The position numbers and the translations under genes were made by a program. From Tricharina praecox (lineage: Eukaryota): a stretch of 64,000 nucleotides of DNA. The DNA lies in assembly GCF_024521635.1 (NCBI RefSeq), contig NW_026250409.1, positions 1,054,001 through 1,118,000 on the forward strand. The letters are read 5' to 3'. Of this stretch, positions 23,311 through 36,526 are shown in pieces (the first letter of the stretch is position 1; every line of letters begins with the position of its first letter). The notes beneath the pieces were generated by a model. The model was not told where the DNA came from. It made no database searches and worked only from the letters and a program-made list of their open reading frames with translations.

Positions 23311-26300
23311 ATGACGCCAGTAAGCCAGCCGCGGAACGGCCGAAAATCAAGTTTTGCCATTTCGTAATGCCCTCCAAGCTCCCCGTTTGTCCAATATCCA
23401 TTAGGTATGAGTTGTTATGAACCAGAACCAGCAAACACAAAACTGAAACTGGAACTGAAAGACAGGCGGCCCGAATGGACGACTCACACAGTCACACTGC
23501 GGGGGGAAAGAAGAAAAAAACGATCACCTACCCAGGTAGGCGTGGAGTGTGTAAAGTAGTAGGTAGGGCGAAATATTACATGCAGCCGCCTGGGTGCGAG
23601 TGATGGGAGTGATGGGAGTGATGGGTGTGGCTAAACAATGGTAGCACAACTTGGGCCGGTATTCTCAGCGACCGGGTCGGGAAGACACCTTTCCTCCATC
23701 CCACATCCTTCATCCCCCGTTAGGGGGCGAACCCGTGCCTTTTCGTCTCTCCCGTCTCTCCCGTCTCTCCATGTGGAGTCTCGGCCCAGTGCTCATATAC
23801 CGTACCGTAGGTACTCATGTGATATATCTTATATGACGCTTAGCACGGTTCGTTTCGTTCGTTCTTGAATGGATGCCAACCAACAGACGGTAGGTACGCT
23901 CCCCGAGTCCCCATCCCCGTCCCGTCCCAGTCTCGTCCCGTCATCTCTGTGGTGCCTGTACTGCCCTTCAGACTCTAGCTTTTATAGCCCATAGCCCATA
24001 TCTAGCCTATACCTATCGGCATTTCGTACATATTTCGTACATACCGGTATTTCGTACATTCCTATGAATAATGTGGTGACTGGTCCGCTTCGTCCGCTTC
24101 GGCCTCGGCCTCGGCGGTGTGCCGTGTGCCGATACCTACAGTATCGACCCGGATTTTGCAGGATAGTAAAGGTAACTGCAACGGCATCAGATTGCCGACT
24201 GACGAGCACGAATATCACCTACCATTACTACTACCTATACCACCTATACCAGCGCAGGCCTATAGCTAACAGCGTCTTAAGTTTTGACCATTCACGAGCG
24301 CCCCGCATCACCCGCAACACCCGAGACCCAAGATCACCGGACTGATACGTAAACAACCCGATCCCGGACGGTAGTCCCAACTCCCAGGCAGGCTTTGCTT
24401 CCCCGGCACTGGACAGATCCAAACCTCTACCACATCAACCTCTACCCACTACAACCCATGCCTACGGCTAGCTGCTCTGCGTACCTACATCTCACTCTCA
24501 CTCTCACCTGAACCCGGGCTTGGGCTGTACATGAACCCGGAGACTGGGCCGCATGTAGGAAGGCATGAAGGAAGGGAATGGAAGATCCGGCACAACGGCA
24601 CGGCGGCACCCCGCTGGCTGGTTACTGGTCAGTGGTCACTGGTCACTACAGACTGCAGTACGGTAGGGCTCGGGGCTCGGGGCTCGGGGCTCAACTGTAG
24701 TTAGTCCATATCAGTCTCTAACGTTCAGCTCCAACTCCAGCTCCAGCTTTCGGGAAACTTGAAAGAGCTGGGATCTACGGTATTTGTCTAAGGCTGCCAA
24801 CACAGAACTTTGGAGTCTGCACCAGGTATATGTAACTACAATGTGGGGGCGGGCCCCCGCCCATGTGGTAGAGTACACAGGAGAGTTGGTAGGTACGTTA
24901 AGAATACTCTAGAAGCTACTGTATATTCCAGTCTATATTCCAGCAGGTCTATATACCAGTCCATAGTATGTACATCTCCGCTGGATACGACACGATACGA
25001 GGGATGTGGCCCTTTGTTTTGTTTTTTTCCCTTCCTTCATGCCTTCTCTCAGCCCAACAGACCCCTTTCTGGTGCTGTAATGTGATGTGATGTGACGAAT
25101 CGGAGAGAGTGTGTGTAAAAGGTTGGACTGGACCGAGATGGGATACCCGTGGGATATCCGTGGGCAATTAGATGGATGGATGGAAAGATAGGTAACGATC
25201 AACAAACAGACAGACAGACGGACATCGGAGGAGGAAGAGGAGGAGGTTAGAGGGGAAATATATCTGGATGGATGGATGGTCGCCGGCCAGACACCGGAGA
25301 CCAGATACCAGGCCCACGTTTTCCACCTACATACATCCAGACCGACTGCCTCGTGCAATACCGTACGGCATGTAGGTAGTATCATAGTTACATATGTACG
25401 GCTGAAAAGCCTATCGATTGCGATGCAATGCTGTGAGTAGAGTGTTCCGATAAACGCATCATCAGCACGAATACCTACAGCCGCAATCCCTCCCCATTCC
25501 GTGGCAGACGGATGTGTCAATAGAGGGGAGCCGACCTACCGTATCAAATCCACGGCGGATTGTACACTCCCCTGGGGGAAAGGGTCAGCATCAAAAACCA
25601 CCGCATCTTCAAATGCACCCGCGGGGCAGGTCGAGCAGCAGCAGCAGCGGATACCCCTCGCCCTCCCCCTCGCCCTGCCCCTTCCTTCTCCCCTTCCCCA
25701 TCCTTCTCCAGTCGAATCGAATCACTTAGCTTACTAGTACATAGCATAGCATAGCAAACCACCACCGTGGCACGGGTAAAAAAAAACCCCGTATGTAAAA
25801 AAAAAACGCTCCGAAAAAACCCCTCCCCTCCCCTCCAGGCTCCATCCATCGAGTGCACCATCCACTAGGAATTCGGTTCGATGCCCATTGCCCATTGCCC
25901 ATTGCTCAGGTGTCGACTGTCGACTGTTGACGACGGCAAGCAAAAAAAAATAAAAATAAAAAAAGATCAGACCACTTCCCACAATCCGAAACTGACAGGC
26001 GCCGGTAGAAGAAGAATCACGCCACATCGCAGGGGGTGCCAGCCGGGCAGGGCAGGGCAGGCAGGGCAGGGTGAGTAGGCAGGCAGGTAAAGTAGAGTAG
26101 AGTAGGTCAGGCACGCAACGCATCCAGACTCCGGAGAACAGAGGTAAAGAAACTGGCCATCCATCCGTACATCCAGCCATCCAGCCAGCCATCTATCGAT
26201 CCCATCGATCCATACGTTTTTTCTCTTTGGTGGTGGATAGGTAGGTACTTAAAATGTATGTAGACCCCCGACACCCGGTGATGCGGTGAGATGGGAAACG

Positions 26301-28261
26301 AAACGAAACGAAAAGACGAGATCCCCCGCGAGAATAAATGCCGCCAAGGGACATTTATAGATAACTGCGCCTGCTGAACCTGCTGCACTTTTTTTTTCCT
26401 TCTTCTTTTTTTCCCTTCTGTTCGGTAGATACTCTAGATGGGATTCCTGTGATGACAGGCGTAGAGTACGGTACTAACGTCGAGGGTAGTCAGGCCGAAT
26501 GATCGACGCGGGCAACGAATATTACCTATTCGCCGGGGTTGCCGGTCGGTCGGCTGACTGAGTGACAATCGATCTCCGCAGGAACGAACGTCAGCATGGC
26601 ATTCTTCGTGATCGAGGGCAGCGCGCGCTATAAATTGCGAGATACGGTACGGTAGACACGGAGTACCTATGCTACCGTATGTATGGACGGTTGCTATGCA
26701 TTAGTCGGGCATATATCCAGGGTCCTTCCTTTCTTGTTCGAGTCGCCGCCGCCGCCGTTTGAACTTTGGTGTCGGGTGTGGGGGGGGAGGGGAGGGGAGG
26801 GGCTTGGCTAAACGCAACGCCAGGGGCCCAGGACAGCGCCCGAGCTCTGTCTGTCTCGGGAGTGAGCCTCACTCGCGGAATTCCGAAGGAGCAGTAGTCG
26901 GCGCCGATCCACACTGTTGCTGCTTCCGACAGCCGCGGCGATGGCTATTCGCTCGGACTTTGCTCCGATCGAGTGATCAACGTCGGGGCAGGTACCGTGA
27001 CTGCTCGGTAGGTACTCTAGGTGGATTGTCGGAGTAGATTGAAGTGCTAGATTGGAGTAGATGCTCGACTCTACTTGCAGGTATACATCGAGCATTCGAC
27101 TCCGCTGTCGGCGCCGAGCTTGCGTCCCAGTCCGCCGATGCTTGTTTGCTAGCTTCTTCTTCTCGTTGTCGGTGATCGCCGACAATGGTATTCGTCATGT
27201 TTAGCTTGCCGTGTCGTGTCGATGAGTGAGGCGGGCAGGCGGGCTTCGATTGACGTAGTGTGCTGTACACGCACTCGGCGTGTGTGTTGTGTGTGATGTG
27301 TGGATATGTGAAAGAGAGACAGTGCGTGTGTGTGGCCAAGTTCACGTGTCAGAAGGCCCGAAACCGTCTCACAAAGAAAAAAGCTTACAGCAAGCAGAGC
27401 TGATATCAATCAATTCGGAACGGATCACCCCCCGATTCAAGGTTAAGGCGGCCGTCTCGTCGTCATCGCTGTCCGTCGTCGTTTCCGAGAAACCCATCTC
27501 GCCCTGTCGAATTGCGCCACAATCGTCCCAGCTCCGTCGGTGATCGTCAGTGCCGGCCTGGAGATATATCGTCGCCAGCCTATCGCAGTGACACCTGCCA
27601 TTCCGCCCCCGCGCCTCCCCGCCCCACAGACACCAGCCAGTCAGTCAGCCAGACTTACTCGCTGAAACCGCCGCTTCACCCCGCCCCGCCTTGCCCCGCC
27701 TCATCTGGCCGTCCACGCCGAAGCTGTCAAGCCAGGACCACTGACCCGGTAACTCCCCCATCGCCCAGAGCCGCGAGTCGAACGACCGGCCACCCCCGGA
27801 GTACAGCAACCAAGTACTTCCTCACCTACATACCGTACTCTCGAGTCTGGAGTGCCCAGGTCCTCAGCTACTTGATGTACTCTATCTGCCAGATGCTCGC
27901 GTTTGTGTCACTTCCCTTGCACCGACAATAAATGTTGTTTTGGCGGCAGCCCGGGCAGGGATTTGCGATTCGTTTTAGCGGACAGTCCGTTCGTCCTTCA
28001 CCCGCTTCGGCCTCTGTGGCAGATCCGTCCGCGTTCCCTCGCTCGCTCGTATAAGATAATCGGTTCACCCGAGTTCTGGGTTGGGGTCGCACTGGCCCAG
28101 AAATCCACCACCACCCAACTGGCCAGCCCATAACTAACCCGCCGCCTGCTTGCCTTCTCGCCTGCTGCTTGTCTGCTTGCCTGGCCTGTCCGTCCCGCTA
28201 GCCCCGGTCGTTCTTTCATCCCTATCCCGCCGTCAATAATAATCAGCCAAAAATCGTAGCA

Positions 28262-28384
28262 CCACTTCCGCCTCCGCCTCCACCTCCACTCCACCACCAC
28301 CTCCACCTCCACTACTTCCACCTCCACCTCCACTACTTCCACCTCCACCTCCATTTTCACTTCCACTTCCACCTCCACCTCCAC
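28262..28384. repeat. Imperfect (CCACCT/CCACTT)n hexamer repeat
   Basis: Read directly from the sequence, upstream of the TDA3-like gene. Confidence 0.85.
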
Positions 28385-29103
28385 AATTCACATCCACTCT
28401 CCAACCAGCACTCCTCTTGCCACATCCTCCCGTATCCACTCGCATCCAGGAGGCGCTTTTTGCATTTCCATTTCGATTCCGCCCTGTCGACTGCGATCGC
28501 TCGTCCCTTGGCACACACACCATTAGCAAACCCTCCCAAACACCGACCCAAACACCACCCCACTACTGCTCTATTCCGCCCTTCCCCGGCGCCCTCAAAA
28601 AAATCCCGTGGAAACTGAGTGCCGCCACATCCAAATTAGCTCGCTGCTCATTGCTGCTTCCGCTTCTGCTGCTGTCGCTGCTGCTGTCGCCGTAGCTGGG
28701 TACAGTACATACTCAAATTGGTCCTGAGCCATCCCCGGACTTTCCTGCCACTGTAGCTCATTCCCGCCCACCTTAAATTTCCAGCTGCTTTTCTTTTTCT
28801 TTTCTTCTTCTTCGTTGTCGTCGTCGTCTTCGGTGTCCTCTCATTTCTCGTCCTATTATTGGAGTCTTGGGTTCTTGCAGCCGTCCTCTTCCTCTTATTC
28901 TTCTGCATTCTCCTCCGACTCCTCCGTTATCCGTGAAGCACCCATCCTCTAGGATCGCTCCTCTCTTCCGCGTGTGTGTCGTTCGGTACATCCATCCATC
29001 CCACTTCCTCCGGAATTGAAGCGGGAAATCTCCTGCTCTCGGCTTCAAAGTGTATATCCCCGACACATTGAGATCCCCCCACCACCACACCCAAGCTGCC
29101 AGT

Positions 29104-30563
29104 ATGACCATGGGCGGCAGTGACGAACGGAAGGACATCGTCATAATTGGTGCGTATGGATGGCCTCTCCCGAAGCCAAGCATCTCTCTGCCGCGAACAC
29201 TTTGACCCACAACACACCCCCTTGATTGTTGCCAACTATACGTGTTCGCTGACGGGTGTGCACGCGATCAGGCGGTGGAATCATCGGCTGTGCTACAGCA
29301 TACTACCTCACCCGACACCCTTCCTACGACCCAAAAAAGCATCGGATCGTCGTCGTCGAAGCCACTCGAGTTGCCGGAGGAGCTTCGGGGAAGGCGGGTG
29401 GGCTGCTGGCGGTATGGGCTTATCCGAGCAACATCGTACCATTGAGCTTCCGGCTGCACCAGGACCTCGCGTTGGAACATGGAGGTGAGGATAGGTGGGG
29501 ATACCGCCGGGTGTCGTGCGGAAATCTGGAGGCGCACGGACGCAAACGCAGCGAGTTGGAAGGTCTCGGTGCCGCTCCTGGCTTCTCGTTGGGAAAGCGG
29601 GCGGGAGAGACCAGGAAGGGCGGGAAAGCTTGGTCGGGTACCGGATTGCCGAAAGATCTGGATTGGATCCTGCCGGAACTGGTGCAGGGGTACGAAGAGA
29701 TGGGCGGAAGCAGAGAGACGGCACAGGTGCATCCATACTATTTCACTATGTCGCTGATGGACCTGGCCAAGGCGAGCGGGGCAGAGCTGGTCATCGGATC
29801 CGTCACAAAAATCAACTACGCCGACGTCTCGTCGCCGGCATCAACGCCTCCGCCGGCCATCGACCGCAGTGGGAACAAATCACCCTCCACGTCGTCGCTG
29901 TCGTCGTCAACGTCGTCGTCGCGAAGCCGGAGGAAGGCCGAATCCGTCACGTACACCGACAAGGAGACTTCGAGGTCGGTAACGGTGCCGGCATCGCACG
30001 TAGTCCTCGCTGCCGGACCCTGGACGGCGCGGCTGTTTCCTGCAGCCCCCATCACCGGACTGCGCGCCCATAGCGTGACCATCACACCCGCGGGTCCAGT
30101 CAGCGGCTATGCGCTCTTCACGGAAATATCGATACCTTCTCCCACCGAGGTTGGATACCGTGGACCGGTTTCGCCCGAAATATATGCCCGTCCCAACAAC
30201 GAAATATACGTGTGCGGAGAGGGAGACATGGAGGTCGAGGTACCGGAAACCACGGCGGACGTCGAGGTAGATGAATCGCGGTGTGACGACCTCATCGCTC
30301 AGGTGTCGTCGATCAGCGACCACATCCGACTGGGAAGAGTGACGCGGAAGCAGGCCTGCTACCTGCCGGTCCTGAACATTGGAGGCTCCGGCGGGCCGTT
30401 GATAGGGGAGACGGGAGTCGATGGATTGTATATGGCGTCCGGTCATAGCTGTTGGGGCATCAATAACGCTCCGGCCACCGGGCTACTGCTATCCGAGATG
30501 ATCTTCGACGGTAAGGCGAAGAGCGCGGATATCAGACAGTTGGATCCGCGGAGGATTTTGTAG
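29104..30563 (+). CDS. TDA3: DAO-family FAD-dependent oxidoreductase, Tda3/Btn3-like (445 aa); exons 29104-29149, 29272-30563
   Basis: DIVIIG^GGIIGCATAYYL (Rossmann GxGxxG), GASGKAGGLLA, TAQVHP, VVLAAGPW, QACYLP and GHSCWGINNAPATG motifs. Confidence 0.85.
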
Positions 30564-32182
30564 GATTATACCTGATTTGCCGTTGGCGTTTCGACTCGTT
30601 CTGGTTTCGGTTTTCTGGGTTCTCGGTTCTGGGTTCTAAGTTTCGGGTTTCAGTTTTTCCAATTGATTTTATTTTGATGATTTGTTTTTTCTTTCGGGTT
30701 CTCGGATTTCGCATGCGGCGGCGATTGTTGCTGCAAGGTCCCATTCGCACACACACGGCCGGTTTAGACATAGTGGCCTACTCAGCATAATTTCTTGGAA
30801 CCGGGGCAGGGAACCACGAATGGGAGGTTCTTATCGGTTCCGGTTGTTCTCATCTTATCCTCCATCTGTCACAGTCCTAGGATGTTGACGCCTATTTGTT
30901 GGTGAGCGCGCGGCTGCTGTCTTGTCTTTATGCCACGACTTCTGCTTTTTCTCTCGCATCATCCGGAGCGACATCTTGGGGTTTTCGTTGTATTCCGCCT
31001 TATTTTCCTCTGCTCGTTGCGAGGTCTCAGGCTCCCAGCACATGCATTCGCCGCGTGGAAGCGGAAATCTCGACACTTCCACTGGACGGTCCTCACCACC
31101 ACCACCGCTACCCCACCTCACTCGACCTGGTTGTCTGCGCGCCTCTTTGTTCAATCGGTTACTTCCGGTCTCCCTGGGTTGTTCCGATTGTTGGGTTTCC
31201 GAATTGGCTGCTGCTGGCTTCGTCCTGTCTCATCTCGGTGTCGGTGGTGATTGTTGCTAGGCTAGATCGATAGATTGATTGATTGAAATCGCTGATAGCC
31301 ATCTGCGACTGCACTGGATCTTGCTGCGCCGTTTCCTTTGCCTTTGCCGTTGCCCGCTCGCTGGTGCTTTTCATTTTATGGACCATCTAAGTATCTGGCC
31401 TGGAGGGGGAACAGCCAGTATATAAAACCCCGAAGGAGGTTCGACACATACGTAGGGCAGTCAGTGGAGTGATTTTTTTTCTTGATTTTTTTTTGATTTG
31501 TATCATCATTGCATTCGACATTACCAGATGATGGTGGCAGTTACGTGTGGAGTGATTTCCTCCAGCTAGCTGTGTATAGCTGTGTATAGTGAATATATGC
31601 CGAGTGAGAGCAAGTGACACTCCCGAGAACGGGTGGAACCGGTCCGGTCTGGTCCTGTTCGCTGCCTGCAGCTGTGGCGCCACCACCCGCCACGCTTCGG
31701 TCCGGGGTGGACCGGATCGGGGCGGGCGGTATGTTCCGTGGGATGGCTGGTGCCGTAGTGCAGTGTAGCATCGGATCCGGACCGTGGCTAGGGACCGCCT
31801 TCATGTGACCAAAACCCACTCTTCTTCACCTAAGGGAAATTTGAGTGGCTCTCGTGAGGAGGTGGAATCGTAAGGCTTCATCTAGCAAGGGTTTCTTTCG
31901 GAGTATGCACGATGTGTCGTAGTAATCGGGAATGACTTCGGATGATAGAGTAGACTACTAGTAGGTACCTCTCACGTTGCGGTGGGTCAGAGGGTCCCGA
32001 TTCCCGAACCCTTGTTCAGCCCTGCAGCCACCGACGTCATTCCATCACTCCCCCACCACCCCTCCATCTCCGCCCTTCAACCACAACCACCGCAACGCAA
32101 CTAATCCACCAACTCAATCCACCACCCACCATCCTCAACCCATCATTCTCAACCGCAGCACGACCGCAACACTTCAACAACC

Positions 32183-32953
32183 ATGACAGCCCTCCACCCC
32201 ACCCCCTCCACCCCCTCCACCGCCATCCCACGGTCCCTCCTAATCATCAACCCCAACTCCACGACGGCGATGACGACCGCTTTAGTCCCGATCATCACCC
32301 CCCTCCTCCCACCCAGTTTCAGGGCAACGTACTTCACCGGCCCCCCCAGTTCCCCTCCGTCGATCAACAACGAGGCCGACTCCACAGCCTCCGCGACCGC
32401 CTGCCTCCCGCTACTCCTCCCACTCCTCGCCTCCCACGATGCAGTCCTAATCGCATGCTACTCCGCCCACCCCCTCGTCCCGCAGCTGCGCGCGCGCACC
32501 GCTGCACCGGTAATAGGCATTCTCGAGGCGAGCGTGTACTTCTCCCTTGCGCTGCTGGGGGCGTCGGGAGCGGCGGGCGGGAAGTTCGGCATTGTCACGA
32601 CGGGCGCGGCGTGGGAGAGCTTGCTGGCGACTGCGGTTGAGGAGTTGTTGGGGGGTAAGGGAAGGTTCGCGGGTGTTACTAGTACTGGGCTAGACGCGGA
32701 TCAGTTGCATAGAGTTGGCAGGGAGGAGCTCGAAGCGAGGATGGGGGAGGCGACGAGGAAGCTTGTGGGAGAGGGGGAGGAGGGGAAGGAGGGGGCGCAG
32801 GGGGCTGAGGTGGTTTGTTTGGGGTGTGCGGGTATGGTGGGACTGAGGGAGGTGGTGGAACAGGCCGCCAAGGAGGTGGGGAAAAGCGTGAAGGTTGTGG
32901 ATGGCGTTGAGGCGGGCGTGGGCGTGTTGGTTGGGATGGTGGGGAGGTATTAA
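32183..32953 (+). CDS. DCG1: Asp/Glu/hydantoin racemase family protein, Dcg1-like
   Basis: LIINPNSTTAMT, LIACYSAHPLV, PVIGILEAS, FGIVTTG and CLGCAGM motifs (both catalytic Cys present), followed by VVDGV. Confidence 0.88.
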   Translation: MTALHPTPSTPSTAIPRSLLIINPNSTTAMTTALVPIITPLLPPSFRATYFTGPPSSPPSINNEADSTASATACLPLLLPLLASHDAVLIACYSAHPLVPQLRARTAAPVIGILEASVYFSLALLGASGAAGGKFGIVTTGAAWESLLATAVEELLGGKGRFAGVTSTGLDADQLHRVGREELEARMGEATRKLVGEGEEGKEGAQGAEVVCLGCAGMVGLREVVEQAAKEVGKSVKVVDGVEAGVGVLVGMVGRY

Positions 32954-34039
32954 GCTGGGTGGTGATGGGTGAAGGGATACCATAGGAGGAATGGGGGAGG
33001 TGTGGAGGCAATATACTGAGCATCGTTCTTGCGATATGAGGGAATGCAGGTCATTCGGAGCGCATGTGTTATCACTCGTAGAAATGCTTAGAGAGGGAGG
33101 GCAGTAGAGTTCGTTCTCCAGCCTCAGGCTGGACGGCGTCACCAGCCCGGTTCCATCCGACCACAATTTCGGAGCCTGGAATGGACTGGGGCTCGGGAAA
33201 TCCAGCAGAGTAAGCTGTAGGGCTAAGTCTTTGTATTTTTCTACCGACCACGACGCCCGCCAAATGGGTAATTTCCACAGTTCCCGTCAGTTTGAAGACG
33301 GAACCACCCGTGCGGTCTTTGCAAATTCATCCCAGACTCGGCTCTTCACTGTGCTGTGCTGTGTATAGCTGCATGTGGGCACCAATAGTCTGCAGTCTGG
33401 ACGAATGGACTATAGCAATCATTAGAATAAGGCTGCTAAACTACAGTCCAGTCACGCTCGAAGGAAACACGACTGGTTTGGATTTGAGAGGACTCCGACC
33501 TCCAACACCTGCCGAGGATTCCTCGATACGAGTGATATTCCATGTACAGTATGGCCTCGTGCCCGTCCGCTATATAATTGCGATCCACGACACCCGTTTC
33601 TACGTGAAGTAGGTCATCAATAACCGCGGCATCATCTCCTAGATCTCTAGGCACACAGGCAGCACCCGCCGTTGCGCGGTTTCCTGCGCGTTTCAGCCAC
33701 ACCCACCGCCACAGAGTCAAAGACACTCCAAGGCTTCGCTAACTTTCGCTCACGCCTGTTGATTTGTAGCTCCGCGCTGCTACGTAACCAACCACCCGTT
33801 CTACTTCGGAAACTTCAAACTGTCGATGGGCGGTGCGGAAGTATGATCGTACGGATGGGATTTGGGGCGAGAGAGAGAAGGAAACAAGAGATTGAATTGA
33901 CTGAGTACTTGATTGAGAAACAAAAGAGTGGACAAAATAGACAGTTTATATACGACCATAAAACAAGAAAAGCAGTACTATACTGGACAACACCTGTCCT
34001 CCCAAAATCCCGAGTTTTTCCCTTCCTTCGTTGCGCATA

Positions 34040-34088
34040 ACCATTGCGCGTACCATTGCGAATGACCATTGCGAATGGTCATTGCGTG
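34040..34088. repeat. Four copies of a 12-13 bp CCATTGCG-core repeat
   Basis: ccattgcgcgta ccattgcgaatga ccattgcgaatgg tcattgcg. Confidence 0.7.
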
Positions 34089-34367
34089 TCCTATTTCACT
34101 TTTCCCACATTACGTGTCCTGGCCTTTGGGTTCGCCAGGCTGTGACGACGTAACTTTCTTCACAAACCACAGTCGGGAGGGTGGGTAAAAGACTCCGAGA
34201 GCCACTATACAGCGAGGTATAATTCTAGTACAAGCCATAGTTGTAGCTGTTCTAGACGCCGTTTCGGTGGGACGGGAAATAGCTCCTAGTTGGATGGGAT
34301 GGGACTACACACGAGTGACACCTAGCGGTAACTATCCAAAGCAGGATGGGCTCTCATCGGGCACCCG

Positions 34368-34437
34368 GATTATCTGAACAGCGGTCTCACTCGGTCTCGG
34401 ATCATCTGAACAACGGTCTCACTCGGTCTCGGATTAT
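34368..34437. repeat. 32-bp tandem duplication
   Basis: gat(t/c)atctgaaca(g/a)cggtctcactcggtctcg occurs twice, just past the lgd1 stop codon. Confidence 0.85.
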
Positions 34438-34499
34438 ATTTTCCGCGACATGCATGCATTTCGGCTATTCTATGTAACCCGACCCATTCCCACATCCCA

Positions 34500-35951
34500 T
34501 CACCTCTTCAGATGCTCCAGAATCGGTCTAGCCTGCTCACTCTTCCAGAACTTTCCCTCGGGGTATCCAAACTCGCTATGGCTCTCCTCCTTCATCTCGA
34601 CGCTGTACCCAGGCTGGGTGGGCGTAGTGTAGTACCCGTCCTTGATCACCGCGGGATTCACAAAGTGCTCGTGCAGGTGGTCGACAAACTCCAGGATGCT
34701 CTTCTTTCCCGTGACGACGACGTAGTCGATCGTGCTCAGGTGCTGGGTGTATTCCGGGAGTCCCACGCCGCCGGAGTGGGGAACAATTGGCACGCCGAAC
34801 TTCTTCGCCATGAGCAGCACCGCGAGCACCTCGTTCACGCCGCCGAGGCGACACGCATCGATCTGGCAGACGTCGATCGCGCCGGCCATGAGCATCTGCT
34901 TGAACATGACACGGTTCTGGCACATTTCACCGGTAGCGACTCCGATGCCGAGGGGGCGCAGAGCGTCGCGCACGGCCTTGTGTCCGAGGATGTCGTCGGG
35001 CGACGTCGGCTCCTCGATGAACCACGGCTTGAACTCCGCCAGCTGCTGCATGTACTCGATCGCCTCCGGCACGGACCACACCTGGTTCGCGTCCACCATC
35101 AGAACGTTGCCTTTGTCGTAGCCGAGCACGCGCCGCGCAATCGTGAGCCGCTTCCGGTCTTCGGTCACGGACCCCCCGACTTTCAGTTTGAAGTGTGTGT
35201 ACCCCTCCGCGAGCGTCTCCTCTAAAAGCCGCTGCATCTTCTCTTCGCCGTAGCCGAGCCATCCTAGGTTCGTCAGCTTAATGTATCATCGGGAGGGAGC
35301 GGGGCAAAAAACTCACCAGCAGAAGTGGTATACGCGGGCACAGCCTCATTCCTCTCCGCCTCCTTAACCCTCTCCTCCTTCCCGGGCAGCATGTCCTGCA
35401 GCATCTTGACCGCCTCCTCGGGCGTGATCGCATCAGTGATATACCTAAAGTCGATACACCTCACGAGCTCCTCCGGCGTAAAATCCGCAACGAGCCTCCA
35501 CACCGGCTTTCCTTCACTCTTCGCCCACAGGTCCCAAAGTGCATTAACGACGGCACCGAGGGCCAGGTGGATAACGCCCTTTTCCGGGCCGATCCAGCGC
35601 AGCTGGGAGTCGGCCACGAGCCAGCGCCACGTGGCGCCCATATCGGCCACGAGCGACTCCAAAGTGCGCCCGTGGATCCGCACGGCGAGCGCGTCGATCG
35701 CCGAGCACACGATGTCGTTGCCCCGTCCGATAGTAAACGTCATCCCGTGCCCTGAGAGCGCTGCGTCCGACGTCCGCAGGATGCAGTACGCGGAGGAGTA
35801 GTCGCCCGCGTCGTTCATGGCGTCTGAGCCGGTTTTGTCGAGTGAGGTCTAAGTACGGAAGTCAGCATTGCGGGGGGAGGAGGGGTGGGACGGGGGGGAA
35901 GCGTACGGGAAAGCGCACATCCCGCGAGATGTGGGAAGTTATTGTCACCAT
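34500..35951 (-). CDS. lgd1: L-galactonate dehydratase (enolase superfamily, ENOSF1/L-fuconate dehydratase-like; 446 aa); exons 35951-35907, 35848-35317, 35263-34500
   Basis: RDVRFP^TSLDKTGSDAMN, GHGMTFTIGRGN, DSQLRWIGPEKGVIHLA, FKLKVG, MVDANQ, FIEEPTSPDD, ATGE and PHSGGVGL motifs. Equivalent to Aspergillus gaaB by family knowledge. Confidence 0.9.
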
Positions 35952-36526
35952 GTCTGCGCAATCGATGATGAAAGACGAGAGCAGAGTGGACAGAAGAGGG
36001 CGAGAGGAAGGAGCGGGCGGGCAGGTTTTAAGGTTCCATCGGGATCCCGGATGTCGGCGTGGAAATCGGTACAATATACCCCGGACTCTGCAGAATGCGG
36101 GGTGATACCTCCGGCGACGGCATCACGGCAACTGTAGAGTGGATCACCCCTCGTAGTTAACTATGTGGAGATATGTTTTTCCGCCCGTTCCGTGGATTCA
36201 GCCTGAAACGGTAGATGTCTAGAACCTACTACCGGTATGATAGGGCATGTCGTGTGTGACTGGATAATGCTTATGTTACGAATGGAAGAAACCACTCATA
36301 GTGATCGTGAAGAATTCCTAGGTCAATTCATTGTACTCGTGTGCGCCTAGATCCGATATACCCCCAAAAAGCCCCAAAGACGGACATCAACTGCAGAAGA
36401 AAAACACACCATTACTCCGCGCTCAATTCTAAATGTTCGCTCAAAGGAAAAACAATAATGGAATCCACCTAGCAGTTAGAACACACATCGAACGGACAAA
36501 CTACTGCCCAATAAACCAACCCTTAC

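Noticed and set aside
26448..26560. GTGATGA ... CTGA, resembling a C/D box snoRNA
   Set aside because: No terminal stem or recognisable rRNA guide, and the C-box-like motif sits in a local hairpin loop.
27998..28529. VEVEVE and poly-Gly ORFs
   Set aside because: Translations of the CCACCT microsatellite.
33950..33961. ATACGACCATA, resembling the 5' end of fungal 5S rRNA
   Set aside because: The downstream sequence has no similarity to 5S rRNA.
32183..35951. DCG1-like gene plus lgd1 as a metabolic cluster
   Set aside because: Unrelated pathways, and no other galacturonate catabolism genes or transporter nearby.
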